From Perkinsus chesapeaki ATCC PRA-425 (lineage: Eukaryota; Protista; Perkinsozoa): a stretch of 64,000 nt of DNA. Position 1 is the first letter of the stretch. Each line of letters opens with the position of its first letter. This document shows positions 36,766 through 49,112 of this stretch, in pieces. Position numbers and translations under genes: made by a program. Location: NCBI GenBank assembly GCA_013115145.1, contig JAAPAO010000018.1:1-64000 (forward strand), given 5' to 3'. The notes beneath the pieces are model-generated. The model made no database searches. It saw only the letters and a list, made by a program, of their open reading frames with translations, and was not told where the DNA came from.

Positions 36766-37810
36766 TCATCCATCATCATCATCCCAAGGGTCCCGATTAG
36801 CAGCCAGGATCATGAATATTTCCCAGTCTCTGGTAGCAACAATAACGCTATTGGCTGAATAGCCATCTGTACGATACAGAACAATGCCGGAATACGGATC
36901 GACCACCCAGATGCCAATCCACTCGTTAAGAAACATACTCTCATCATCGAAGAATCTGTCGTTATCGCCCATGTAGACAGCAACACAAGCAATCCCACCA
37001 GAACCGGGGATCAGGGCGCATCCTTTGCGGTATTTGATGTTCATATCTTTAGAAAGAGTTTCGTTAGCCTTATTTCTGAAATACACTTTACCGTCATTCA
37101 ATGCGTAAGTGCAGAGTATAAATACTTTAGCAAGGTCGCAGTCAGAAGTGGCAAAGTCAATATCCAGGAACTCGATTCCGAAAAACCCAGCCTTCTCGTC
37201 GGTTTTAACTGTCATGACATATTCCTAAGCTTCTCCGCCATCAGCTCTTGTAGCGTAGAGCACAGGGTTTCGGGTGGCAGTGCGAGCGAACACTCGGTCG
37301 CCACGTATACGAAAGGGTATTATTAATACCGTAGTAATCTCTCTTTGATGCTTGGCACTCTTGGCATCACAGTCACGGGTCGAGATTTGTATGTTCCTTG
37401 CCTCAAATCCATACAACGCAAATTGTCATCGGTCGTTACAGTATAACAGATGATACCATTCTCACTGATACACGAAGAACTGATGTGTGTGACACCAGCT
37501 CGTTCCGTGGGGTCCTCCTCAAAGTCGGCCATGGGAAGGCTTACAACTTCACAGTCCCACATGACACCGAGTAGCTCCCTGTTCACAGTATCAGCAGCGG
37601 CATAATTGAAAACCCTCTGGAGATAGCACTCATCATCCTGGCCGATTCGCGTTGGGAAAGCAACGCGTGTGTGAGACCAAAGACAGTCAGGAATACGGTC
37701 AGGTAGGACAGTGTCCTAAGGACACCACCACAACGATGTTCCAAAGCCCTCAGCATCAAGACAGTTACCGACTTCTCGGTGAGGAATGGATCGCAGGTAA
37801 CGGTGCGCAT
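36766..37810 (-). pseudogene. MRTVTC family copy B
   Basis: 14-nt insertion frameshift at 37711-37724, further stops including W->TAG in GGEA*EY. Otherwise colinear with intact copy F. Confidence 0.85.
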
Positions 37811-38353
37811 GGTGCAATAACGAAAGAAACTGTAACTCTAAAACAGATTGCATGAAACTACTAAGTTGAATTGTAGCAATCCGTCGCCACCTTTAACATC
37901 TCCATGCTCCTGTTTGACATACAGTCTTCCTTTTCCACCTCAACTTTTATAAGGCTAGCCAAACAATGATGAAAATACTTTTGCACCACCAAACCCTCTC
38001 GTCACAAACGCTAATGAGTGATTTCAACACGACTGCAACGGTTTCTTCACTCGCGCCAGGCACTTGGACATATCAGCGAATGGATATTAAGCTATTCCGG
38101 TTCGATACATGAGCTAGAAAGTGTAGAGTAAGGATAATATTCTTCGAATACCCAGATGAAGTTTACTGAGTAAACTTACGTGTGACTGGGAAAATGATAT
38201 CAGAGGATCCAATGCTAATAATAGCAGTCCTAAAGACAAGGCAGGTTTGTGAAGAAGAATCTATTCAGTTAGAAAAGCGTCCAAATAACATTAATCCGGC
38301 AGCTTGTCATCAGACCCAGCATCGTGCAGTAGGACTCCTAGTTCGAGCAGCGT

Positions 38354-38809
38354 TCAACTCGAGGTCAACTTAAGATGATTAATAGATACGGCAAAGCCTT
38401 CCAAATATTCGGGTTGATCGCGACTGACCGTAAGAGACATAAATATTTCCCAGTCTTTGGTAGCAACGATATAGTTCAGACCATCGCTCGAATGGTTGTA
38501 AGTACGATGTAGAACGACAGCAGAGTATAGATCAAGCACCCAAATGCTAACTAATGCACTAGCACATAGCAACCCAGAATGCGAGGGTCTGTCATCACTT
38601 TTCATATTCACGGCAATGCAACCGATACCATCAGAGCCAGGAGTTAGAGCAGAGTCCGTATAGCTCTTGATCTTCATGCATGTCGAAAGATGTTTATTGG
38701 CAACATTCTTGAAATGCACCAGATCATCTTCGACTTCGCTCCTGTAAAGAATAACTATATTTGTTGGATCGGCATTAGAGGCAACAACGTATATTATGAC
38801 TCGGTCCAT
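38354..38809 (-). pseudogene. MRTVTC family copy C, C-terminal half only
   Basis: SALTPGSDGIGCIAV..IWVLDLYSAVVLHRT..IVATKDWEIF..HLKL. The N-terminal box is absent upstream. Confidence 0.75.
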
Positions 38810-39532
38810 GTCAGAAAAAAGGAATTACGATTCTCAACTAAATTGCGGTAATTTGCGAAGCCTCATCATTGCTCGTAGCTGAGCCATGGCCGAGTCGTAA
38901 TGAAGCAGCAAACTTAGTCGTGTCATATCTGCCCCATCAAGTCTCATCCGACCCCGTTCCTGGGGCGTTATGAGGACCACACCGCAGATAAGACAATATT
39001 CCTCTCTTCGGTCAGTTAGCACTGCTAGCTCTGGTAGAGCAGCTCTGCAGTTTCGTTTCGGTCATTTGTTATAGGCAATAGCGCATTCACCGAGGAATTG
39101 AATCCCTGGGATTCACATCTTGGACTGCAGTCAGCATCCGGGCTCGTATCACACAATGTTGACGATGGTTGTGGATGTTTGACGTTTGACCATCGCCACA
39201 AAGTGTGATACTTCTCCCAAACTTGCTTGGCAGCGTGGCTTTTGCTATCGCTAAGTTTTACTGCGATACGATTAAACCGGGCAGGTAGTATATCGTGAGG
39301 AAGCGTCGACCATAGCAAGAAGCTGCTACCAGATTGTAGGATATAGGTTGACGAACGCAATAGGTGAGGATTTATTCCCAAAGATGGGATAAAAAGATAT
39401 TGAAGAGTTGCGTGGAGAAGGGAATGAACGTGCTATGGTTGAATGGATCAAATAGACAGCGTGGCGCATGGAACGCATGGAGCGTCACGGCTGAGGCCTG
39501 ATAATAATTCGCATAATTTACGCATATTTGCA

Positions 39533-40549
39533 ATGAATGAGCTAAATTTATGGTCTCGCTTATTCTTCGTGGTCTACTTCATCTCCCCAATAGAGACTAT
39601 TGGGCAAGCGGGGGTAGATGTAGTCGGTAACGAAAATGGTTCTCCTGTAAACGACCCCTACTACGACGATCAGAAACCATACTTGGAATTTGTTGGTATA
39701 CCGTCAGCGTGGAACCGCATGGCTTCGGTCCCATCGCAGAAGAGAGTTACAGTAGCCCACATCGATAGCGGGGTTAAACCAGACCATCCAGACCTGGTCG
39801 AAAGTCTTGTCAAGGGTTATAATGTCATTGACAAGACTACCAATACTCCTGAAAAGCTTGGTCATGGTACAAAGATGGCTGGTATACTTGGCGCTACTAT
39901 CAACAATTCTATCGGTATTGCTGGTGTCACTAATCTTGTTAACATCATGCCTATCTCCTTAGAAGACAAATGTGAAGTGGAGAATCAAGCCAACGCTATA
40001 GGATACGCCGTTGACAAGAAGGATGCAAAAGATATTAAAGTGATCTTTTACCCCTTTTCTGGCATTTCTGAGGCACCACAAATAACAGAAAAGATTGAGC
40101 GAGCGGTAGCAAAAGGGATGCTTGTTATCGTTGCTGCTGGAAATGATGCGCGGAACGTCACAGAAAATAAGGCATATCCATGCCTTCTTACTGAGCGACT
40201 GCCTGGAGTGTTATGTGTAGCTGCGACAGAAAGGACTGAAATGTAGTTGAGAAAGACGTCGAACTTTGGAGATTACGTGGACATTGCTGCACCAGGTGGC
40301 GACATTAATACTACATACACCAGCAACGACCATCCCTATGGTATCTGCTCTGGGACTTCACCGGCATCTGCCATCGTTGCCGGTGTGGCTGCAATGCTTT
40401 ACAGTATCAACCCTAAGCTATCTCCTGTTGATGTCAAACAAATCATCAAGAGTACCTCTAGGAAAGGTATCAAACTCAATTCGGGTGTTACCCTTTCATT
40501 TGGGTTGCTTGATGCTGACGCGGCTGTGAAGAAGGTGCTATCAAGATAG
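39533..40549 (+). pseudogene. Subtilisin-like S8 serine protease with one in-frame TAG (40244-40246)
   Basis: Catalytic Asp in HIDSG, His in GHGTKMAG, oxyanion AAGND, Ser in SGTSPA. The frame continues directly after the TAG (LRKTSNFG). Intronless. Confidence 0.85.
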
Positions 40550-41322
40550 TTATATTCTGTCAAGGAGTCCTTAGTCATTTATTGGTAAATTTCTTTGATC
40601 GTTGATTCACCTTTCCAGGCGAACAGCTTCAATATAATACATCCGACCGAGCTCAGCTCGGCGAGCTGTGCCTGATTCGTTTTGCTCAGAGAGTTTAGGC
40701 TACACTAGAAGTTAAGTGTTTGGTTAGTAATTATTAACTACCACACATTCAAGGCCAACAAATTGGGACGGTGACTGATCAGAAATAAGTCAGGTCGAAT
40801 GAGTCTCAACGCAGCTCTCCCACGCGGTACTGCGACTGAGGAAATATTCTTTCGTGTAAGTGGTTGTAGTGGCCGCTGCCATATCTCGATGTAATCGGAT
40901 GCGTTCAACCGTGGCTTCGGGCTGATAGTTTTACCTGTCTCATTGAGCACGCGTGCAGGAATACCTGTTCTAGGCTGACTTCAGAGAGCGCGTGGATATG
41001 ATGTACGGGAATTTTGATGCAAGGCCAACAATCGCTGGACCTCTGAAGAGTTGCTTCCGAACGACTCGAGTAGATCTTGGATGGACCCCAAGCCTCCGAT
41101 CGGCGTTCGAAAGTCTATGAGGAGGCGAGTGACGGACTATGGCGAATACTCATTTTAAGCATGCAACGTCGCCATCTCGAAGGGATAGCTTAACCCTAGC
41201 GACGTTTGCACCACCGTTATGCTCGCATAATCTCGTCTTATTCGTTCCCACGGTAAAGACGCCACAAAGTTTCGATACCCTTATGGGATTAAACCCCATG
41301 ACAAATTGCGGCTCACAATTCG

Positions 41323-42400
41323 TTACGGGAGAACATATCTACCAAATTGCCGTAAAAGGCGAGAGCAATTTGTGGAATTGTCATAACTCCTCAATATCTT
41401 CAAGTTTGTGTTCTTGACTGCAAGGATCATGAATATTTTCCAATCTCTGGTAGCAACAATAGAATTAACGCTATTGGCTGAATAGCCATCTGTACGATAC
41501 AGAACAATGCCGGAATGTGGATCGACCACCCAGATGCCAATCCACAGAAACATACTCTCATCATCGGAGAATCTGTCGTCATCGCACATGTAGACAGCAA
41601 CACAAGCAATCCCACCAGAACCGGGGACCAGGGCGCATCTTCTGCGGTATTTGATGTTCATCGGTGATGAAAGATTATCATGTTGGACATTTGTCAGATG
41701 CACCTTACCGTCATTGATCCTATATCTGTAAAGAATAAGTATCTGGGTTGGATCGGCACCAGAAGTAGCGAAATCGACATCTAGATCTTCGATTGTGAAT
41801 CAATAGACTTCACTTCCCCGTTCCACCGTAGTGATATATTCCCAAGCTTCTCTGCCTTCGATTTTAATAGCGTAAAAATGCCGCCTTTGTTGGCGTTGCA
41901 GATACCGAACAGCCAACCACCGCGTATGCATACTAGTCTGAAGCACCTGACACCACATGGCATTGTCGGCATGACTGTTTCTATACGAGATTTATAAGTG
42001 CCTTCTCTCAGATTCATACAGTACACGTTTTCATCGCCATTAACAGTGTAGCAGATGATACCATTTTCACTTATGCAGGCAGAACCCATGCGTCTGAGAT
42101 GAACAAGTTCGATAGGATCCTCTTCCAAGTCGTCCATGAGAAGGCTTACAACTTCACAGTCCCACATGACGCCGAGGAGCGTCCTGTTCACAGTATCGGC
42201 AGCGGCACAATTGAAAATCCTCCTGAGATAGCACTCCTCATCCTGGCCGATTCGAGTTGGGAAAGCAACGCGTGTGTGAGACCAAAGACAGTCAGGAATA
42301 CGATCAGGTAGGACACCACCACAACGATGTTCCAAGCCCTCAACATCAAGACAGTCACCGAATTCTCCGTCAGAAATGGATCGCAGGTAATGGTGATCAT
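41323..42400 (-). pseudogene. MRTVTC family copy D
   Basis: A 1-nt deletion after VLMLRA and later frameshifts. Very close to copy B in sequence. Confidence 0.85.
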
Positions 42401-42948
42401 AGCCACTAACAACTAAGGAAACCTGATAGTACCAACAGAATATATAACGGTTGACTCATGTTCGGCTGCACATGAGTATGTTCGTTTGGGCTGTGGGAAT
42501 CAGCTACAGAAAATCTCCACTAACGCCGAGTAGAATATAAAAGACACCGAAACAAACAATCCTGTATTGGAATTCAACTGAATCACCAACAACACGTGCC
42601 ATTGAAGCGAGTGAAGGAAAACAACAGGGAATGCATTCATCTTCCATGATGGAAGTTCCATCTGGTGTCACCAAATCCGTGCCAACTTCAAATCGAGGGC
42701 GATTCTAGTTCGAAAGTTGATAGAAAATAAGCCCTGTCGTTTGGAGCGGCTAATACAAGCGTCGAGTATTGTGAGTAATTTAGTATACAGGATTACGTGT
42801 CGATTGAACGCAAAACAAAGGAAGAATGAGAAATCACTACTTATAAAGCAAATCGCAGGCGACCGCGCTCACCGACAGCGTCCTAAGGGCCTTTCACGGC
42901 TTTTCAACTTTCTCTTGACTCAGTTGCACAAAAACTATGGACTTGTAC

Positions 42949-44037
42949 TCAATTACAGATCAGATTTATGTGATGGAGTGTGTCACCGCCCGGGGCTTGA
43001 GACTCGTCAGCATTGTCAGCGAGAACCAGGAATAATTGCCAGTCTCTGGTAGCAACAAGAGAGCGCACACTGTTGGTTGAATACTCACGGTCTGAGCGAT
43101 ATAGAATGTTATCATACTGAGGATCGATCACTAAGATGCAAACACGTTCGATAGCAAATCCAACATTGAGACCCAATCGCTCGAGAGCAAGCATACGTCT
43201 TGGGAATCTTTCATCATGTCCCATAGATACGACAAGACAAGCGATTCCACCTGAACCGGGAATTAGTGCACAGTCCCTAGGGTATTCGACACGTAGATCT
43301 GAGTGAAGACCTCCATTAGTAAGATTCCTGAAGCACACCAAAGGGTCATAACCTCCGCCTATGTAGAGAAGCATTATCTTCCTTGGATCGACATCACTGG
43401 TGGCAAACTCAACGTCCAGACTTGTGTGACAGTCGGCTTGTCCCTCCCAGATGACTCTAGTGATGTATTCCCAAACTTCACCTCCTTCAATTTTAATGGC
43501 GTATAGAGTAATTATACCTTCGTAGTTGACATGGAGAGCGAACAACCAACCTTCGCGGACACAGATCGGTCTGAACCACTCTGCATCATGCGGTGTTGCC
43601 GGCATAACAGTCGTAGGCCGGGGTGAGAATTGCCTTCCCTCAGGTTCATACAGCGCACATTGTCAATATCGTGCACAGCAAAGTTTCTGTATAGAGTGTA
43701 GCAGATAATACCGTCATCACTCATGCAGATGAAGCATACGCCTTGAACAAGTGCTAGTTGAGTAGGGCTACCCTCCGGCTCACTTCCCCGTTTACTTCGT
43801 CCGAAAAAACACCAAGAACCCTCCTGTTCGCAGTGTCTGCGGCGATACAAGTGAGCGTCCCATCAAGCAGATGTACTTCCTCTGATCTAACTTGAAGCTT
43901 GATAACGCGAGAAAATGACCAAATGCAGTCCAAAATAAGGTCAGGTAGGATACCACCACAACGACGTCCCAACGCTCTCAGAATTAGAACATTCATTGAC
44001 TTCCGTCAAGTGGAGGTTGACATGTAACGGTGAGTAT
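42949..44037 (-). pseudogene. MRTVTC family copy E
   Basis: Start codon replaced by ATA. Frameshifts between ORFs 43754-43996, 43512-43850 and 42949-43605. Motifs GGILPDLILDCIWSF and ATRDWQLF. Confidence 0.85.
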
Positions 44038-44417
44038 GGTACAATAAGAACTGAGAACACAACCTGATGACAGGAACCGATTTAGCAGTTGGCCCCCGGG
44101 ACGGCCAAGTATAAGAAATTAGGCGTAGCTACCTTGAACACAACAGCGGACGCCTGAGAATTACAGTAGGCTTCAGCAACGAAAATCGACAGAGCCTTTC
44201 GCGAAGGTCAACAAAGCGCGTATTTGAGACGATGATAAAGCCTCAGAACAAACTTAGAAAAATAAAGCAAGGCGTCGGAGACGCCTTGCTTTATTGAATA
44301 AAGCAAGTCTCCGACGCCGCGTCGGAGACGACAACAATCCACAGATTGTAATTCATATCTTCACAGCTTTTCCATAATCTATAGGACCAAACTCGGGCTG
44401 ATCTGTTTACCTCACTA

Positions 44418-45476
44418 TTATTCATATATTAACTTTAAATGATACACAGGACCGTAATATCTGCCATCACCTTTAACGTCACGGACAGGGACAAGAGGCA
44501 TAAATATATCCCAATCGTTGGTGGCGATAATAGGTTCTACTATATTGGTTGAATATCCACCTGTACGATGTAATACAACACCGGACTGCGGGTCGACCAC
44601 CCAGATGCCAATCCAATCATTAACGAATCCAAGTTCTTCATGGAATCTTTCATCATCTCCCATAAAGACCGCAACGCAGGTGATTCCACCGGAACCAGGA
44701 ATGAGCGCACTTTCCCTGTTGTGTTTGATTTCTATATCAGAAGAAAGACTATCATCGGCAAGATTCCTAAAATGCACCGAGTCGTCCGAGTCGTTTCTGT
44801 AAAGAATTAGAATCTTCGTTGGATCGGGATCAGAGGTGGCAAAATCGACGTCCAGATTTTCGACTGTGTAGCGGTCGACATTTTTCCTCCTTCGATCGAT
44901 TGTCGTTATATACGTCCAAGCTTCACCACCTTCAGCCTTTATGCCGTATAAAGATATACCATTTTTCTTCTCAAAGCTGATGCTGAAGAGCCACCCGTCA
45001 CGGGTGGAAACTAGTCTCAGCCACTCAGGGCTATTCGGCACTTCCGGCAAAGCAGTCTCGGGTCGAGAGTTGAAATCGCCCTCCCTCAGATTCATACAGT
45101 AAACTTCCACACTGTCTTCTTGAGTATAACAGACAAGACCGTTATCAGTGATACAAGCAGAACGAAGAAGGATAACAGGAGCGAGTTGAGTAGGCACCCC
45201 CTCGAGGTCATCCATTGGGAGGCTCACAACCTCTTCATTGCATCTCACACCGAGAAGCTTCCTGTTGAGAGTATCAGCAGCAAGGTAGTTTAAACCTCCC
45301 AATACATAACACTCTTCTTGATATATGATCTTAGGGATGATGAGCCGTGCGAATGACCAAATAGTGTCTAAAATAAGGCCAGGTAGGACACCACCGTAAC
45401 GATGTTCCAAAGCCTTCAACATCAGAACATTCACAGACCTCCCAGTGAAAGAAGGATTGCAGGTAACGGTGCGCAT
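44418..45476 (-). CDS. MRTVTC family copy F, intact (352 aa), unknown function
   Basis: Uninterrupted intronless ORF from MRTVTCNPSF to HLKLIYE*. Confidence 0.85.
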   Translation of the reverse strand: MRTVTCNPSFTGRSVNVLMLKALEHRYGGVLPGLILDTIWSFARLIIPKIIYQEECYVLGGLNYLAADTLNRKLLGVRCNEEVVSLPMDDLEGVPTQLAPVILLRSACITDNGLVCYTQEDSVEVYCMNLREGDFNSRPETALPEVPNSPEWLRLVSTRDGWLFSISFEKKNGISLYGIKAEGGEAWTYITTIDRRRKNVDRYTVENLDVDFATSDPDPTKILILYRNDSDDSVHFRNLADDSLSSDIEIKHNRESALIPGSGGITCVAVFMGDDERFHEELGFVNDWIGIWVVDPQSGVVLHRTGGYSTNIVEPIIATNDWDIFMPLVPVRDVKGDGRYYGPVYHLKLIYE

Positions 45477-46039
45477 GGTCCAACAAGTGAAAACTGATGG
45501 CACAAATTCTTTCGCTGATATAGAGCTCACTGGCAGCCTTATCATCAACCTATCTGTGTGGCTTACTAATAGTAAGTCACATACTAACTTTAATAAAAGG
45601 AGTAATAAGAAGCCACTGTGAGTTGCAATTCAATTGTGAATGATTGACTATCCTTCCATGGTACAAAAAGGTATTAAAACAGTATCTATGCAGTTCTGCT
45701 CACATACTTGGTATCGGAGGATGAACCTGGACAAAGAACCGACTATATGTCACGTTACTGCAACGCAAGAAAGTGCCCAAGAAGTTCTACGTTGTTCCGT
45801 CATCTCATAACGTGCGAGTACTTATCTCCCAAGCTTGCATCATAGTCGGATAATTCTGGTTTAAATGACTACTCATTGACGGCTCGAGGCTCAACGTTAC
45901 AAAGTATTCCTATTGATGTCCCCAGAATCACCGAGCATGTAATAATTCCCTCGATAACTTAAACAACCCCGATATGAAAAGTGGTTCGACAGATAAGGAA
46001 GTAGGCTGACTACAAATAGACGGGACTACCGCTTTATGG

Positions 46040-47149
46040 TCAATCAGAGTAGAGAGCGAATTTCACCAGTTTACGGTTCATATCAAACGATCAGAAATAA
46101 GTGGTGAAAAACGGACGACCCAGAATGACCGGTTCCCGAGCGCTATTAAGAGGTGTCATTTCGAGTAGGTACCATTCATCATCATAATTTTGAGCATACT
46201 TCCTTGGTGGGATGCGTACGACCAGTGGACTCAAAGTATACGAACCAACGTTGAACGTCAGGGTAGGCAAGAAGTTGTATGCTGCTTTCTCGATTAGCCA
46301 AATCCCCCAAAGGCTTTTGATTTTTGGGTCTCTACCCGAGTCATTTTTCACTGACTGGCGTATCTCTTTCATGAAGTACTCGAGCTGTGCTTGTGGGAAG
46401 CCGAGCATGTCTGCCCCAGTGTCGTATACAACAGCAGCATCAGACAGCTGCTGTGTGGAAGCTCGACCTTTAGAGCTCACCAGGCCAAGACTGTTCAGAT
46501 TTGTAGTAAAATACCTCGCGTCTCCACCAGTCAACTTCATTGGAACGGTCATGGTAGTTGTAGCTTGGAATGCACATTGATCTTCCCACTGACCCAACAG
46601 GAGTTCCCCACTGAAGGTTTCCACGCCACTAGCCGAGATGCATACTGAGACAGCGTACTGTTGCACGATCTTATTTTTGAATAGATCTGACGGTACTGTA
46701 TGAGGGTTATAAGCGTCAGGGAAGGCTAGACCGAGAAAGTTGGTAGGTTCCTCAGAAGATACTGTTGAAGTGAAACCAATGATGAGGCGGAATTGGGTTT
46801 TCAGTTTATGGCCACTCACATCAATCTCCCCCTCGTGCTGCACGGTAGTGATAGTCGAACCGTCTACGAATTGGATTGTCTGATTCTTCATCTTGAAGGG
46901 GTCGCACGTACTTATACAAACATAGCATAGTCTGGGCGGGCATGAGCCTTTTCCGTAAACCTTCTCATACCAATCTTTGTATATAACATAAGTGCCTCTC
47001 GTGCCCATGTCCATGCGCAAGTCCAATGGTTGACCATCGAAGCTAATGTCGGCAACAATGACATCGTCAAAAGGCAGGGAGATCTGGCCGATAACGGAAT
47101 GTAGCCCAGCCGAAGCTATGAGATAAGATTCGACAGCCGCAAGCCGCAT
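46040..47149 (-). pseudogene. Pepsin-like (A1) aspartic protease with an in-frame TGA 16 codons before the natural end
   Basis: Signal-like N-terminus; motifs RMDMGT, NFLGLAF, YDTGAD, ILGRPFF. TGA at 46091-46093 is followed in frame by SFDMNRKLVKFALYSD*. Confidence 0.8.
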
Positions 47150-48028
47150 TGAGAGATTGGAAACGATAGCAGAGTCCGAGGAGCTGAGCAATCACGCGAC
47201 TATCACTTTGACACGCACGCAAAAACATCGTTGGGAGCCACGCGAAATCCGTGTCGCGGCTCATTATATTGGTTTAAGCAGTAGTGCCGGCGATGAAGCT
47301 GAGCCTCAAGGGTTTATTTCCTCAACCTGCCCCACCACCACGGTGGTCTACCGCGGTGCGAGTGGTGCTACTGTAGTATGACCTATTCCATAGGTTCTGA
47401 GCAATTCCACGGAGTGAAACTCCGAACTAGAGCCGCTCCACAGAAAAGCGCCATCGCTCCCACGGGTTGGCCGGCTTAGAAGTCTGTGACTTCTTTTCTG
47501 TCTATGCCTTTCAGAAAGCTATTTCGCGCTTAAGGTCGCCAATTTAGCCAACAAGGAAATCATTTTCGCGGATAAGGATAATTGATGCCTCTCTTATTGT
47601 AGAAGGTTGAATCACCAGTCGTCGCAATCATCAAGCAACAATAACGAGGTAACACTTCTCAATCCTACATGAGTCTCTATTAGAAACTCTCTAACCTGTC
47701 TGTAAAAATATCGCTCAAGGGAGGAGATTTAAAGTACGTTCCAGTACATGTGATAGGCAGGAAAAGGTAACACAGTATGGGTGATTGCCTCCCAACGCAA
47801 CAAAGTATTCTACAGAATTTACGGCTAATAATGCTCGTCAATGAAATGTTTACATAACTGAGTGAGCCGAATGTTTACTAAGATTCCTACGAACCACGGA
47901 GTGAGATCCTTGTAAGTTGGAGAAACCAAACGAAGTTCGCAGATAGCAACCATTACCGACAGACTGCTACCAGCTTTTCACAGCTCTGGATAATCTTGAG
48001 GATCCAGGGTGCTTTTCTGGACGTATGA

Positions 48029-49112
48029 TCAATCACAGGCCAACCTCAGGTGTCGAGCAAAAGATTCTGACATGTAGCCCGAGGAATAAATCACGAATAT
48101 TTCCCAGTCCCTGGTATATACAGGGCGATGCGAAAAAAGGGCCCATGCCTCGTGTTTTTCGCATCACCCTGTACAATCGAACTTAATCCACAGCTGATAA
48201 ACGAAGAATCAATGGTGAATGAATAATCACCAGTAAGATACAGAACGGCACCCGTATGTGGATCAACGATCCAGATGCCAGTCCGCCCACCCTCCTCGTG
48301 ATGACAATAGGCTCCTTTGACGTTAAGACAAGCTATGCCACCAGAATTAGGGATCAGCGCAATTGATCCCGTGGGGTACCCTATTTCAATCCGTGTAGAG
48401 AGATGCTCATTGGCGACATCCTTGAAATACAACACTTTCTTTTCCAAATGGTCTTTGTGAAGAACAAGTATCTCTGTTGGTTCAGAATCAGAGGTACCAA
48501 AATCTATGTCCAGATCATCATATCTGCAGAAAATTTCCCCTTCCAATGTCGTGACATATATCCAGGTTTCTCCTCCCTCGATTTTTAACGCATATAATCT
48601 GTTGTTTTGACATATTCGGAAAAGCAAGCCACCACGTATACAGATGGGTGCGGGATACCCACAGGCATCTGGCGGTTTCGGCATCAACTTCAAAGGTAGG
48701 GAAGTAGGACCGTATTCTTTCAGAGTCGCACAGTACACATCATCATCCCGGCGATCGAAGCATAGAAGGAAACCATCACGAATGCTGATATATTCGTAGG
48801 TTGGATCAATCAGCATAATTCGGACCAACTGAGTAGGGTCATCCTCAAGGTTATCCATTGGAATGCTTGCGAACTCATAATGGAAACCGAGAAGCCTCCT
48901 GTTCACAGTATCAGCACTAATCCAGTCGTAACTCTCCACTTGGCAAGGGTCTGCATAGACTACGTGACTCGGCTTGTTACTCGTGTATACGACCAAAGAC
49001 AATCCAAAATAAGGTCAGGTAGGAAACCACTGTAACGATGTTCCAAAGCCTTCAGCATCAGAACATTCACAGGCCTCCCAGTGAAAGAAGGATTGCAGGT
49101 AACGGTGCGCAT
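48029..49112 (-). pseudogene. MRTVTC family copy G
   Basis: MRTVTCNPSFTGRPVNVLMLKALEHRYSGFLPDLILDCLW, then a frameshift into ORF 48091-49002. A second shift precedes TRDWEIF. Confidence 0.85.

Noticed and set aside
39533-47149. Nuclear stop-codon reassignment
   Set aside because: TAA, TAG and TGA all terminate conserved genes normally in this window. In-frame stops occur only in the pseudogene-rich island, one as an evident TGG->TAG change.
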